Shown: piece after piece, positions 22,812 through 36,100 of the stretch
Position numbering within the stretch: the first letter of the stretch is position 1
How the letters are laid out: every line of letters starts with the position of its first letter
Source: Vicugna vicugna
Taxonomy: Eukaryota
Reading direction: 5' to 3'
Assembly: GCA_013265495.1 (NCBI GenBank)
Contig: MU058059.1
Span: 930,001-994,000, forward strand
DNA: 64,000 bases
Translations under genes and position numbers: made by a program
The notes under the pieces: model-generated
What the model was told of the DNA's origin: nothing
Databases searched by the model: none
The model's input: only the letters and a program-made list of their open reading frames with translations

Positions 22812-22971
22812 TTTATTTATTTATTTTTATTTTATATATATATATATATATATTTGGGTGGGGAGGTAATTGGGTCTATTTATTTATTTTTAGAGGAGGT
22901 ACTCGGGACTGAGCCCAGGACCTCATGCATGCTAAGCATGTGCTCTACCACTGAGCTATACCCTTCCCCCC
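22812..22971 (-). mobile_element. Full-length camelid-type tRNA-derived SINE (vic-1-like) with 13-bp TSD
   Basis: Head ggggaagggtatagctcagtggtagagcacatgcttagcatgcatgaggtcctggg; perfect TSD gagaattcattct at 22799-22811 and 22972-22984. Confidence 0.9.
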
Positions 22972-23149
22972 GAGAATTCATTCTCATGAAAAAAATTCTA
23001 CCTTTGGTCTTTTATGCCTGCCAAATCTTAAAATTTCTTAATATACTACATTTAGAGCATAAATTACTATAGGTCATCTATTTTCTTCCCAAATTTCCAC
23101 ATATCTATATATGCGTAACTGCTTTCAAACAAAAACGATTTATTTCTCT

Positions 23150-23640
23150 CACTAACATCTGACTAATGGGAGCCGAGACATGCTTATTCCACTCACCCTA
23201 TTTAATAGCTACCTAGTATTTCAAGGTACAGCTATTTCATGATTGATGTAATCATTTCTTTATAAACAGATATTTAAGCTGCTCCCAGTTTACTGTTACT
23301 GCAAATGGTGTCAGCGTGAGCTTTCACACATGTACACATACGCACAATTTCCCTCTTGCACATACATGGTTATGTTTCTACAAGTAAAAATTAACGGTCA
23401 GAAATAAGCACATTTTTCATTTTAATAAACACGCAAAGTGCCTAAAAGGGTAATGTTTCTACCAATTGTGCACAAAATTGCCAGTGCAGGGTATTATTAA
23501 CTTTTAGAAATTTTTGCTAATCTGAGTAGATGAAAAAAATGTCTAATTTTAATTTGCATTTAATTATTAGTAAGACGTAGCACCTTTTGTATTACTTACT
23601 AGTTACTCGTGTTTCAGTTTTGTGGGCCATTCATGTATTT
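23150..23640 (-). mobile_element. Ancient degenerate L1 (L1ME-like) fragment
   Basis: Degenerate motifs such as atatttaagctgctcccagttt and ttttaatttgcatttaattattagt. Boundaries approximate. Confidence 0.5.
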
Positions 23641-23667
23641 AGTTTGTCCACTAGGAAATACGTATTT

Positions 23668-23793
23668 ATTTATTTCCAGAGGGGAGATTAGATTTATACA
23701 TTTATTCATATTTGGAGGAGGTAATGGGGATTGAGCCCAGGACCCTGCGCACGCCAAGCTGTGCTGCCACTTGAGCTACTACACCCTCCCCCC
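23668..23793 (-). mobile_element. Camelid-type tRNA-derived SINE
   Basis: Same family as 22812; TSD gaaatacg(t/c)attt at 23655-23667 and 23796-23808. Confidence 0.85.
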
Positions 23794-24257
23794 AAGAAAT
23801 ACGCATTTCTTATTTTGCCTTTAGGGGCCAAGAAAAGAAGATGTTACAAAACAGTAAACTTCAGTCTGACCTGTTATTCCATTTCTAAACTGTTCAATGA
23901 CTATTACCTTTAGCTTGACTGCTTGTGGCAGCTGGAATTAATATGACATTAATAATTAAGTTTGGAACTTTTAAATGACTGTCAACTGGAGCATCGCTTG
24001 ACTAAACCAGATTTCACAGCTGTGTACAGGCAAGGAACGAGGTCAAATGTCATGTGATTTTTATCCTTGAGTTGTGATAATTAATACTGGGTATCTGAGT
24101 TAGGACCAACCTGCCAAAGATAAAATTTGAGATCTTAATCTCTGTCTTTCAAAACAGTGTGTTCACACCAGCCATGTGGGAACGGGCTGTCAATTCAGAC
24201 AGCTCCACTCTCGGAAAATCTTCACATTTCCACACAGAATAACCCAAAAGAACTTAC

Positions 24258-24300
24258 TCCGTATCTGTTTTTTAATTTCCTTAGCGGGGTCCAACCAATT
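24258..24300 (-). CDS. EPB41L3: EPB41L3 exon 5 (43 nt) NWLDPAKEIKKQIR
   Basis: tttttcag| acceptor, GGA|gtaagt donor, phase 0-1; WLDPAKEIKKQ motif. Confidence 0.96.
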
Positions 24301-24630
24301 CTGAAAAAGAAACGAGAGTTTGAACATGAATCAGAGAAGAATAAAGATGACTCAGTGCCGATCAGGGAGCGACACGGACTAAAGCTATTTGAGAGGGCGG
24401 GGTTGCCGAGGGCCTCCAAGCAGGGTCCTTCCACACATCTGGTGCCCCCTTCACTAGCCCCGCGAGGGCCCAGGCACCGTCTAATGAGAAGATGTGCGCA
24501 CGCACAAGTCAGGCCTGACAAATTTCTTTTCTTCTACAACCACTGCCCCCAGGGATTCAAGCTGGCACAGAAACAGAGGAGAAAATTGCTGGATCCTAGG
24601 TTCAAACAAATTACGAGAACAAACTAAAGA

Positions 24631-24932
24631 CAGTCATCCCTCGGTGACTGCAGGGGCTGGTTCCACGGCCCCGGAGGACACTGAAATCTGAAGATGCTCA
24701 AGTCTCTTTTATAAAATGGTGCAGTATTTGTCTGTAACCTACACAATCCCTCCGTATACTTGAAATGGTCTCTAGATTGATATATAACACCTAATACAGT
24801 GTAAATAGTTGCCGAGGCATTGACCAAGTTTTGCTTTTTGGAACTTTCCAGGATTTTTTGGAGGGGGGAGTATTTCTCACCTGCTGTTGGCTAAGTCCAG
24901 AGGTGGAATCTGAGAATATGGAGTGCTGACTG
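24631..24932. mobile_element. MER2 (TcMar-Tigger) DNA transposon
   Basis: cagtcatccctcgg...gatgctcaagtctcttttataaaatggtgcagtatttg...gctgactg; homologous to 9889-10202. Confidence 0.85.
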
Positions 24933-25787
24933 CACGTGCAACCTGACCACAGATGTCCGAGCCATTCGGCCCCATATAGTGACTTCTGTGATTACAGATT
25001 TTTTCGGCACCTACTTAGAAAACTTTCCTTAACAAACGAACACTTGTTTGAGACTTACGATCCTCCTCATCAGAACACTCGGTGTTTCACAATGAAGTCA
25101 GACACCACCCGGTGAAGCCAGGAGATGTGAGAATGGCTCACTGCACATGAACAAAACAAACAACACCCCCACCCACCATTTCTGTGACTCCGTTCCCAGT
25201 CTTAAGACAATGGAAACAGTTTCTTCTTCTTTATTTTTCAGGTAATTGTGATAATTAGTAACGTCTCTGAAGGAGATTGCCTTACTCAGGTGTCTGAGTC
25301 TGGAGGGTATTACATTAAACGCCGACTGAACACATCAGACAACCACCAGGTCAGGACATGGGCCGTCTCAAATTTTGGTTCGGCAAGTACGTGAAAGCAG
25401 GCTAAGAGGACCTAACAATAACATGGCATCTGGTGAACATGTTTTCTGTGTAAGTCGCAACATACTTGATTTTCACTGGCTCAAATCCACTGAAATAGAT
25501 CATCCTCCCAAAAGCACCATATATAATGCTTTTCTGGAACCACAAATAACTCAAGCGTGAAAACCAGAAACATGACTTACTGTTTCCAAAATACTCAAGA
25601 TTAAAGGAAGCTGTCAGTCAAATCCCTCATGAAGAAGCAAGGTGGGGAACAGCAGCATTTAGGGCCTCTGAGCAGTGAACGTGAGGGTGTGAGCGGAGGT
25701 GGAGGAAGCGATTTACCAACTGAGTCCTAGCTCATCGCTCGCGGTGAAGAGCAGCCGTCACAGGCTGCAGTGCTTTTAAGCACTCAC

Positions 25788-25892
25788 CTTCTGGTTCTCA
25801 GCATCTCGGTATGTAAGCCCGAAGTAGTCTTTTTCTAGCAAATTCAGATGTTCACATACTTTATCAAACAGCACTTGGCCTCTGGAGCGTTT
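25788..25892 (-). CDS. EPB41L3: EPB41L3 exon 4 (105 nt) [35 protein letters not shown]
   Basis: catag| acceptor, AAG|gtgagt donor; FERM N-lobe motif LEKDYFGL. Not called in the ORF track; translated by hand. Confidence 0.97.
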
Positions 25893-28800
25893 CTATGGAA
25901 AACAAAACAAACACAAGTCAGTGAGTGTACACACACACAACAAAGGTTCTCTCAATGGCCACGAATAAAAATGGGCCAAATTTCAAATACTGCTTGCTGT
26001 AACTGTTCAGCAAGTGGCGAGCGGTGCGACCACATCGCATCTCCTCTTTAACCAGAAACGAGGCTCAACACAGCGGATCTAACCCTACAAGGACCAGCTC
26101 CTACAAACAAGCAGCAAACCCCAGTCACTCCTGCCAGCGCGTGAGCACAGGCGACCCGCAGATGGCTTCCAAACGGAGTAGCTGGGAAAGTGATGTGGTG
26201 CTTGGAAGCCTCAAGTATCTTCTGGAAGATAAAAATCCTGACACTTAGAGCATTAAAGGACCCACAACAGCTGTCTTTCAAAATATCCAAACTCACTCCC
26301 CAACATGGTCAGATTCTGAGCCTAGAAAAACTGGCCCCATTCCTTGCTTCAGGCAGAACTTCCTTTAAAACTTTCCATCCCAGACCTTACTTAGAAATTC
26401 TAGTTATGGCTTTGTTTCTAAAGCTCATTAAACTTTATTCCTTTATTATTTTTTCCCCTGCCACAAATTTCAATTTTGCATCACAGTGTTCAATTTTCTT
26501 TTAAAATTTTTTTAGAGAAAATCCTCACTAAACATAACAAAAACATTCATTAAATTTAAAGATTTTTGTTATTTCGAATATCATTAATTTTTTTAATGTA
26601 CAGTGATGTAGCTGTGCATTAAAAAATAAATTATTTAAAAACATAATTTAAAAATTATAAATCTAAGATGGAGATACGTGTGTTGTATTTTTGGTCATAA
26701 AGCAGTCAGTTGGAGAAAGAAAAAAGGCAGTCATCTGGGGAAAAAAAATCCATCGGCTTAATTTATGGTGATACACAGAGTCGTATAAACCTTCAAAGGC
26801 CTTTCAACTTGGCCTTGGAGTCTGAGATGGATTAGCTGGCAACAATTAAGCTAAACTACTTTCTGTTTGTGCAGTACCAGCATTTCACATCTCATACATT
26901 AAGCATATTTGTCTTTAAGATTTAACGTAATACCGGAAATATGAAAACTGATAAACAACGAGCAGCCAAATGAGTAAGTATCTGGAAGATCCGAAAGGGG
27001 TACTTTCTGTGTAACAGTGATTATATTGGAAATTAATTTGTACCCTCAAGTGTTAACTATTCAGGATAAAAGATACATTTATGATAGAAACATGAAGCCT
27101 GGATTGTATCAATGGGGTACTTGAAAAAAGTTTAATAACGTATGAAAATACATTGCATGTTAGCAAAACTACGTAACATTGCTCCATGGGTATGACTAAG
27201 CCTCACGACAATGAAATGCTGCTCGCTGGCTTGAACGCTTTATTTGTAAGTAACTGCATACTGCTTCTGAATGATGCTCCACAAATTACGACATTTTCAC
27301 ACAAAAAAGGTCGGTTCCTCCAATGTCTCCATTGGTATTACCTCCACTTGAGAGGTAAGGACACAGAGGTTCAGAGACGTTAGACGGGGGAGGCAGTCTT
27401 GTGCACTGGCTGTGACGGTGGCTTTAGCAGATAAACCTGGGCTGCATCTTCACGAGGGCCCCGCAGCTGTGTGCACCTCTCTGCTCTCCCTCTTGAGACT
27501 GTCTACTTCTTTGGAGTGGTTGGCATTAATATAAAGTATTCAAACTCGGTCCAGCGACAGCACACAGCAGGCATCCCACAGATGTCAGCTATTATGGCCC
27601 AAGTGAAGGACAAATGGCAGAACACATGACGCAGAATTCAGGAGGCACCTCTGCTGTCGGAGCACACGCAGGTCCTCGTGGTGCCAATCGGCGTCCTTAG
27701 TGTTAACCTGCCTGCTGTTTCTTTAGTTATCAATTATCTGTTCACTGCCTAGTGGCTTTAACTAGACCACAACACACACACCCCAATACACATCAGTGTC
27801 TGGCCGAGTATTTCCTCAATGAGTAAAAACAAAACACAACAAATGCAAGTAAGAAAGCTTTCCTCTGCAAAGCCTTCTCCGTCCTCTGGCCCAGCAGACC
27901 ACAGCCAGGCCCCGGTGCAGGAATTATTCTGATGCTCTGCAGGCTGCCTCGGGCTTTAATGAGCTGTCTTCTGACGGCTGTGTTCTTGCTTTTGTCTAAC
28001 AGGTGGAAGGACGAGCTCAGCACAGACCACTGTGCTAACTGGTTCTTCAGTTTCTGGCTTCTCACAATTTGATTTCTGTCCATGACTCACAGCTCTCTCT
28101 TGAGTAGACCAGACTTTTTCTGATGATTTTAAACATATCTGAAGTCTAGAAACGGTTCTTAAGACAATTACATGGTGGTCCATTCTTCATACTGAAGGGG
28201 TTTTTTTGGTTTGTTTCTGTTTGTTTTGGCTCTCAGAACCCAGACGAGTTGTCCAGAATCCATTCTTGCTGGTTAGATGTAAACGACGAAATTCCTACCT
28301 GCTAACATCACCACAGCTGCCGGCTCGCTGGATGACAGCGGAAAGGCCTCTCGTGTCCTTTGGGCCTTCACGTGCTCATCCTTGAGTGAGGATGGGAGGC
28401 TCTACGGGGATAAAGGCCACCTGGGCCCCTCTGCTCAAGGCCGACATCACTACTGACCACCGCCCTCCGCACGCGCAATGAGAGACACACGGGCCCTGGA
28501 TGGAGTTGGGACAGGACGCACAGAGGCACTATTTCCCAGCCCTCTGCAATCACTCCCAACTCCCTCAAATTCTTCACCCTTCTTACTCAGGAGATTTTTT
28601 TTTCCTAGCAGATTATCTGACTTTTCAAGTCAATAAGTTCTGCATGCTGACCGTGCGCCTCTGTAGGTCATCACACCTACAACATGGCTGAAATCCCACA
28701 ATCACCAGACCTTACAGAGAATTTAAATACTTGGTTCCCAAAGATCTGATGTTCCGTAAGTGACCAACTCTAGCTACCCTTCTGTCACTGGGTGTGTTTA

Positions 28801-29039
28801 TAAACAGCCATAATGAGTCAAGACTCAGTATATTAAAAAACTCCTTTTTGACAGAGGAATTCTAAATCAATGGATAATTTACCCAACCAGCGAAGACGAA
28901 CAGTTTCTAGTCTCATTTGCTGTTTTCTTTGAGTTGTTAAGTTACGTCTCTGACTCAAAGGCATTCTCGGTTCATGTAACCAATTCGCTATTAGCAGCTG
29001 GACACCCAGAAAAATTGATTTTGCTTTCCTGGAATAACA

Positions 29040-30130
29040 GGAACTCCTGTTTCAACTTCTTTGGGTAGGTGCCAAGGAGCATGATGGTTAGATCATATAG
29101 TAAGAATGTGTTTAGTTTTATAAGAAACCAATGGTGGATTTACAATGTTGCATTAGTTTCTGGTGTACAGCACAGTGATTCAATTAGACGCACACATGTA
29201 CGTATTCCAACAAATGCCTTCTGATGACCACAACCTTGGTTCATCTGGAGTTTCCCTCAACTCATCCGTCCCCTGGTTATTCTGAATCATCACAGCGAAT
29301 CACTTAATCTCTACGCATCTCAGTATGTAAAACTCTGCTCTTTTAAAAAATGTCATCTCAATACCTTTATTACATCTAAACAGAATTAGCAGTCAGTTCT
29401 TAACATCACCAAATATCGAGTCAGTACTTTAATTGACCCAATTGTTTCAAACATTTTTTTTCTTTTTTCATTTTGTTTGATAAGCCAATATACTGCAGGT
29501 GCCTACATACTTCTCAGGTCTCTCTTAACCCAAAACTTCTCCACTTATCTTAGTTTCCCCCTTGAAATTAATCTGTCTAGGAGACCAGGTCATTTGCCTT
29601 TAGAGTTCCCTCAGTCGAGACTTTGCTGTTTCCATCTCCAGGGGATAATTTAACATGTTTTCCTGTCTTCTTCATTTCCTGTAAATGGAGAGTAAATTCT
29701 AGAAGCTTGATCAGATTCTTGTTTGACTGTTTCCCATAAATGATGCTGTGTAATTTCATCAGGAGACATAAAATGACTCTTTCTTTTTTTGGGTGATATT
29801 AGTAGTCATCAGCACTCATGATCACTGCCCTAGACGCATTCATTCGAGGAGGCAAGATGGGAATATTCTAATCTTAACAACTCCTCCTCCATGGATTAGC
29901 TGGAGTCTGTCTGTGCAGAGACCCTCCTCTTGGTCAGAATTGTGTATCCAGTGACACAGTCTGACAGTGGAAGTCAGGATTCACCAGCGTTGATGCCTTT
30001 TCCTTTATCCAATTTCAAGATAACGAGTTAGCTCTCAAGCACCACCCAAAAGTCACCAAGGAGAATTTCTGCTTTATATTCTCACTGAGAATTCGTGGAC
30101 TAAATCAGCTTTGAGGCATTTCAGTCCACT
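29040..30130 (-). mobile_element. Patchwork of old L1 fragments, including a short younger L1 3' piece at about 29135-29205
   Basis: L1-like motifs (ggtagatcatatagtaagaatgtgtttagttttataagaaac; gatttacaatgttgcattagtttctggtgtacagcacagtgattca). Confidence 0.5.
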
Positions 30131-30544
30131 GTGGGTGTTCCCTATACTGATGCCCTAAATGTCTCCCTAATGCACTGCCTCGCCCTTTGCCTGTCACCTC
30201 TCCCATCCTTCATGATGCCTCTCCAGGGCCACTTCTTTAAAGCCTTTCCCATCCGCCCAGCCAAATGTGACTTCTCTCTCCTGCAGACAGGATCACACTT
30301 CACGGCACCACGAGGGCACTTTCCATACCCTGCCTTACATCCCAGCTGCCCCTCTGTGAACTCCCCGAATATCCCGGCAGAACACAGAGATGTTTCCGCT
30401 GGCATCCTGCCTCTTGTATTTATCTGACATGGAGCCTCATTTTGGTCAAATACCATTAAGAGATTAAAAAGGTCACTTGAAACTTTACATAAAATTTTTC
30501 TCACTTGCGCATCACAACCAATGTCGTAGACGCAATATTTTAAA

Positions 30545-30705
30545 CTCATGGTTTCCAACTGTGGGCCCTGAGCATTTAAAATATGCCACTGTCCAGGAAC
30601 CCCCTCAGGTCAAATAAATCAGACTTTCTGAAGCTGGGCCCAAGGCCTCTGCATGTTTTCAAGATCCCAGGAAATCCACACAGGCAGGGCTGAAAGGTAC
30701 ACTAG
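30545..30705. mobile_element. MER5-like DNA transposon relic
   Basis: catggtttccaact...taaatcagactttctgaagctgggcccaaggcctctgcatgttttcaagatcccagg. Confidence 0.5.
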
Positions 30706-31131
30706 CTACATTAAGTTTACTGCTTAGAAATTCTTAAATATGGGGGCCCTAAAGCAATTTCTTCTTTTTCTGAGCAAATGTGTAACTTTTTCAGACCTGG
30801 TTCAGGCTCACACCAATCTCATGTAGGCTCACTGGTCCCCACATTCATAATTGCATTACTATCATTTTTACTCACACATGTACACACACTTGAAATCTTA
30901 AGACATCCTTTCCACCAGATTTTCTAAAGAAATTAAGTTCTCAAGAAACGATACACCATCCAAATGCTGACATACAATGCTGCCAATGAGCAATGATAAA
31001 CCAGCAGACTATAAAACCAACCAACCAACCAATCAACCAACCAATGAACTTGCATTTAAAGCTAAGGACAAAATACACAAAATAGAAATGCTTTTGATTT
31101 GGTTGAATTTTTTTAAAGGGAGTGGCACTGA

Positions 31132-31235
31132 GGGGAGGGTATAGCTCACTTCCATTAAAATAAATAAGTAAATACATACATAAATACATAAACAAACAAA
31201 CCTAATTACCCCCTCCCCAAGAACATTAAAAAAAG
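31132..31235 (+). mobile_element. Internally deleted camelid SINE
   Basis: The head ggggagggtatagctca joins directly to cttccattaaaa and the 3' tail aaacctaattaccccctcccc. Confidence 0.8.
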
Positions 31236-32429
31236 AAAGGGGTGACATTTTCCCTTGGTAGAGCTAAAATATAGACTTTTACTCAAGAACCTGCTACCTT
31301 ACTAAAAATGACCCAGACAAGTTGTCTTGATTTCCTCTTCCGTGAAAGAGCGGAAGCATTCACATCTTCCTAGCAGGCGGGGGCGGCGCTGGGAGGAGCG
31401 AACACGGGGCACTGAACCCAGGGGAGGACCCAGGGAGTGAGGGCTGCTCGTGACCGTCGGCTGGCCTGGGAGCAGGGCACCCGCGGCGCCTTCTCCGAGA
31501 TGAGCGCCGGCTGGCCTGCAGCCGCCGGACATCATTTCTCCAGCCGTGCTCGGGACAGTGCGCGCACATGCAGGGAGCACAAATTGTACTGGATCTCGGC
31601 ACAAGGCTGCACGAGAATTTATCTTCCTCTTCCATCTCACAAAGCTCTAAATCAGCCCGAGGAAAGGCTAAACGCTGAAATTAGAGGAAAGTGTAAAGTC
31701 AAGTATAATCTTCTAGCCTTAGAAGACGGGTTGGAGTTCTGATTTATCGGAGGCTGCACCATCACGAGGAAAATGAGGCAGGGCGCGCTGTTCCGCCTAC
31801 AAATTGCAGCTCATCAGCGGCCCCCTCTCAGAAGCGGGGAGGGGCCCGGCATGGGGAGGGGGCTGTGCGGGGACATCCCGGAGGCTCCTGCCTGCACTAC
31901 TTTCTCTAAACCACCACTGGGGAAAAAAGCCTCTCGTTATACTGGCTTTGGCTTAAACTACTCGTGTTCCTAAGACAAGGACACATGCCTGCTACTGAGA
32001 CCTTCAGGGACACGGCCACCTCCGTGCCCTTCTTCTCGCGGCTCTGAAATCCCGGGCGGCGCAGCCTCTGTCCGCACTTGTGTTACACGGGTTGCTAATT
32101 CCCTCTTAAAATTCATAAGCAATCAGCCTTTCAGAAAACCGTCATTTTGTTCTTTTAAACACTGATGAGGCAATCAATAATTATTCTACCACTGTCTTAG
32201 TTAAGTTAGCCATGAAGATCAGAGCATCCTGGAAAAACATGAACATGGAACTCTGTCCTGGTCATGGTAAGTTTTTAAATGAAATAGTGGTTTATTTCCA
32301 TGTCTCAACTGTCTAGAGGTTAGAATTCATCTAGCACTATGTAGACACCTTTAAAATGGATATTCCTAGCCAGTTCAACTTGTTTTCCCATTATTCTATT
32401 CGAAATGAGGCCTGTGAGACTGCCCCAGG

Positions 32430-32625
32430 CTGGACCCTGGCTCTGTAATTCACTGGCTCCGTGAGGTTAGTCATCTAACCTTCCTGAACCTCACTGTCCT
32501 CACTGTAAAATGGAAATAACACTGGTCCTTACTCAGAGGACTGATGCAGTAAATAAAACACAGGAAAGCAGGCCTGCTGCCCAGCTCATGGGCAGCAATA
32601 ACCAACAAATGTCAGTGTTTATTAT
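32430..32625 (+). mobile_element. MIR SINE relic
   Basis: ccctggctctgtaattcactggctccgtgag...ctaaccttcctgaacctcactgtcctcactgtaaaatggaaataac. Confidence 0.6.
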
Positions 32626-33059
32626 TAGCAGGCCCTTGTCATGAGGAGCCCAATAAATTCGGGGTTTCTATTGCTGAAATCTGGTACAGAGTCTGAAATA
32701 CCGCTGGTGCCTATTTCATCTGCACTGAAATCATCCCATTCCTCTTGTAGGAAACAAATCTTGTACAGGTAAAAGCGGGAAACGGCTGAAAATAGTATGG
32801 TTGTCCGTGAACTAAGGGTACATTCAATTATCACTTACAAACACACACAAAACGGGTTTTAATATGCACTGTCTGTACTGGCACATTTTGGTACCTCCTG
32901 GGCCAAAACATAACTACATACTGTCATCTGTACAGCACAGAGCACAGCCCAGACAAGTAGGTAGAGTTGACCTAGGTTTGACTGAGATTCTCTGCACAGA
33001 TACTCTCAGCACATACCCAGCAAGAGCCCCTTCCTGCACGTGAAGCCCCCCACCTTTTA

Positions 33060-33540
33060 CGTGGTGTATATACACAATGGAATACCACTCAGCCACAAAA
33101 AAGAATGAAATAATGCCATTTGCAGCAACATGGATGGACCTAGAGATGCTCATACTAAGTGAAGTAAGCCAGAGAAAGACAAATATCAAATGATACCACT
33201 CACAGGCAGAATCTAAATTATGGCACAAAAATACTTACTTATAAAACAGAAACAGACTCACAGACATAGAAAACGAACTTATGGTCACCAAAGGGGAAAG
33301 GGGGTGGGGTTGGGATAAACTGGGAGTTTGGGATTAGCAGATACTAACTACTATACATGAAACAGATAAACAACAAGGTCCTACTGTAGAGCACAGGAAA
33401 CTATATTCAATATCCTGTAACAAACCACAAGGAAAAAGAATCTGAAAAAGAACATGTGTATGTATATATATAAACGAAATCACTTTGCTAAACACCAGAA
33501 ACCAACACAACATTGTAAATCAACTACAATTAAAAAAAAT
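33060..33540 (+). mobile_element. L1 3' end (ORF2 C-terminal remnant plus 3'UTR)
   Basis: gtggtgtatatacacaatggaataccactcagcc...atgccatttgcagcaacatggatggacctagag, ending in an A tail. Confidence 0.92.
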
Positions 33541-35529
33541 AATTTGTTTAAAAATAAGAGGCCTTTTTCTTTCAGCCACAATCTGTTTCTGCCTTCATTT
33601 GTTGCAGCAATTTCTGCCTCTATTCGAAATCAGAGCTCTGGGCTCAGAGACGTAAGCTGTGGCAGACAGCAGCTTTCCAGTGAAGCATGCTCCTTCCTGG
33701 CCAGCAAAAACACTGGGCTTGCTTTTTTTCCAAAGAGTTTCACATCACACATATGAAATGTTGGCAGCGAATTGTCAGACAACATTTCCTGCTGTTAATC
33801 TGCTAAGGATTCAGGTCACTAAGCTAATGTGGGCAAGATGAATGCAGAACAGGAAGCCTTAGGAAGAGGAATCTTTGAAAGATCACGTAACAATCGTGGG
33901 ACCTAATTCAGAACGACGTGGAACTTTGAGGATTTTTTTTTCCCCTGGGAGAAGAAATACTTAATCTCCTTTCCAAGACAATTCACCAAAAAAAAAAAAA
34001 AAATTCAAACAAAAATCCAAATCGTGATTTATAATTCACTTGGTCAAAGAAAGAGCCACAGGCAATGAAAATACTGACCGTGAAAACACAACTTTTAATA
34101 ATACAAATTTAACGAGCATGAATTTGGAGACTAACCACTTTCCAATCCTGCAAGGCGCTGACCATCAAAACAACGTAAGAATAACAGTGCTTTGAACAAA
34201 TAGGTCCTAACTGACCTGTGTGTCCTGTCCATCAACTGTTTTAGGCTGTTAACAGGACAGGCTGTGAACTGGCAGGGAGAGGAAGGATTTCAGGGTTATT
34301 ACGCAATCTACTCACATAATTAAAAAGTGTAATTATATTATTTCACCAAATATAGGTTTTAAATTAAAATAATTGTATCACCTATGAAAGACCTACCGAA
34401 ATAATAAAATATCGCTAAAAGGTAAAAAACCAGGGTAGGTCATCACACTTGAAATGATACTTAGCTCAGTTCTGCCTTCATTTAAAGCATTCCTATTTTG
34501 GATTAGTATTTAAAATCTAGCACATGGAGGGGAGAACGTTTTCCAATCATCAAATACTCTGATTCTACATGAATGTTCTCCAGCTTTGTCTGACACTCCA
34601 GGAGCCCGTGTGGACCTCTCTAGGTACTGCGGGGTCTGCGCATCCAAGGTCGGTGTCGTCTTCCCGGCCCTCTTTACCAGGAGCATCCTGGGCTAAGGCT
34701 TCTGAGGTCGCCATCCTGAAAAGCCAGCGCTAATCCTCTTTGCCCGGCGGTTCCCACTCCTGGGCGTGGGGGTTGGAGGAGGCTGCTCAGCCCTGCTTAA
34801 AGGGAGGCTTGGATCTCATTCTAGAACCAGAGCAGACAGCCCGGCACTCGGGTCAGTGCGCGTTAGAAGCTGGAGCGGCACGAGGTCACCACACTGCAGC
34901 CATCCTCAGGGCTCATGTGACCTCCAGAGAATGTCAGTCTCTGCTGACACTGGAATCTAAGATGGGGATTTTTTTGAGTTTTGTGGTTAACTCTTTTCTT
35001 TTTTTTTAAGGCATGAATTGCTTTAGCAAATGGTGTAAATAATAATCACTGAAAAACTGAAATGACGAGGCAAACTGTACCAAAAAGACAAATTGCTTTG
35101 GAAGTAGGTACAGCCTTTTGCCCTAACAAACAACTAGAATGTTCTTCTCGTGACAGGAAAAATTAAAACCATTCTATGCAAGCAAAAGGTAAAATATTAC
35201 ACATTCATTCAGATCATTCTACTTTTTTCTGGTGCTCACAAGGAAGCCTCCATCCTTCCTGGACCTTATCTGTGTTCAGGGTTGAACTGGGCGCTTCGGG
35301 GCTGAGGGGCTTTTGAGTGTTCTCTGGCGCAAAGGTGATGCTGCGCCCCCTTCTCTGAACGTCGAGACTATAAGCCAGCCCCACCTGCCCTCTCGGGCTT
35401 AACCAGGACTGCAGGGCGGCAGGACGCCTGTGGTGCGGGGTGCTTGGGAGGATGTGGAGTGGAATTCCAAGGAGGTCACCCCTGAGATTTTATCAAATGT
35501 ATTTTAGCTTCTGTTTTCACATTTAAGCA

Positions 35530-36100
35530 TTTTTTTAATTGAAGTATGGCCAGTCTACAATGTTGTGCCTATTTCTGATGTACAGCATAATAGTTCAGTC
35601 ATCTATACACATACATATATTCTTGTTCATACTGTTTTTCTTTATTGGTTACTACAAGACATGGAATATAGTTCCCTGTGCCATACAGAAGAAATTTGTT
35701 TATCTATTTTATACATAGTAGTTAGTATTGCAAATCTCAAACTCCCGATTTAGCTCTTCCCACCCCCTTACCCGCTGGTAACCATAAGCTTGTTTTCTAT
35801 GTCTGTGAGTCTGTTTTGTAAATAAGTTCACTTGTGTCCTTTTTTTAAGATTCCACATATGAGTGATATCACATGGTATTTTTCTTTCTCTTTCTGGCTT
35901 ACTTCACTTAGAAAGACGATCTCCAGGTCCATTTATGTTGTATCAAGTGGCATTATTTTATTCTTTTTTATGGGTGAGTAGTATTCCATTGTATAAATAT
36001 ACCACAGCTTCTTTATCCAGTCACCTGTTGATGGACGTTTAGATTCCTTCCATGTCTTGGCTGTTGTGTATAGTGCTGCTATCAACACAGGGGTGCACAT
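35530..36100 (-). mobile_element. L1 3' end
   Basis: Reverse complement of the same L1 3' region, with poly(T) at the left edge. Confidence 0.92.

Noticed and set aside
22890..22971. tRNA-like sequence with A/B boxes
   Set aside because: It is a SINE head with tail and TSD, not a tRNA gene.
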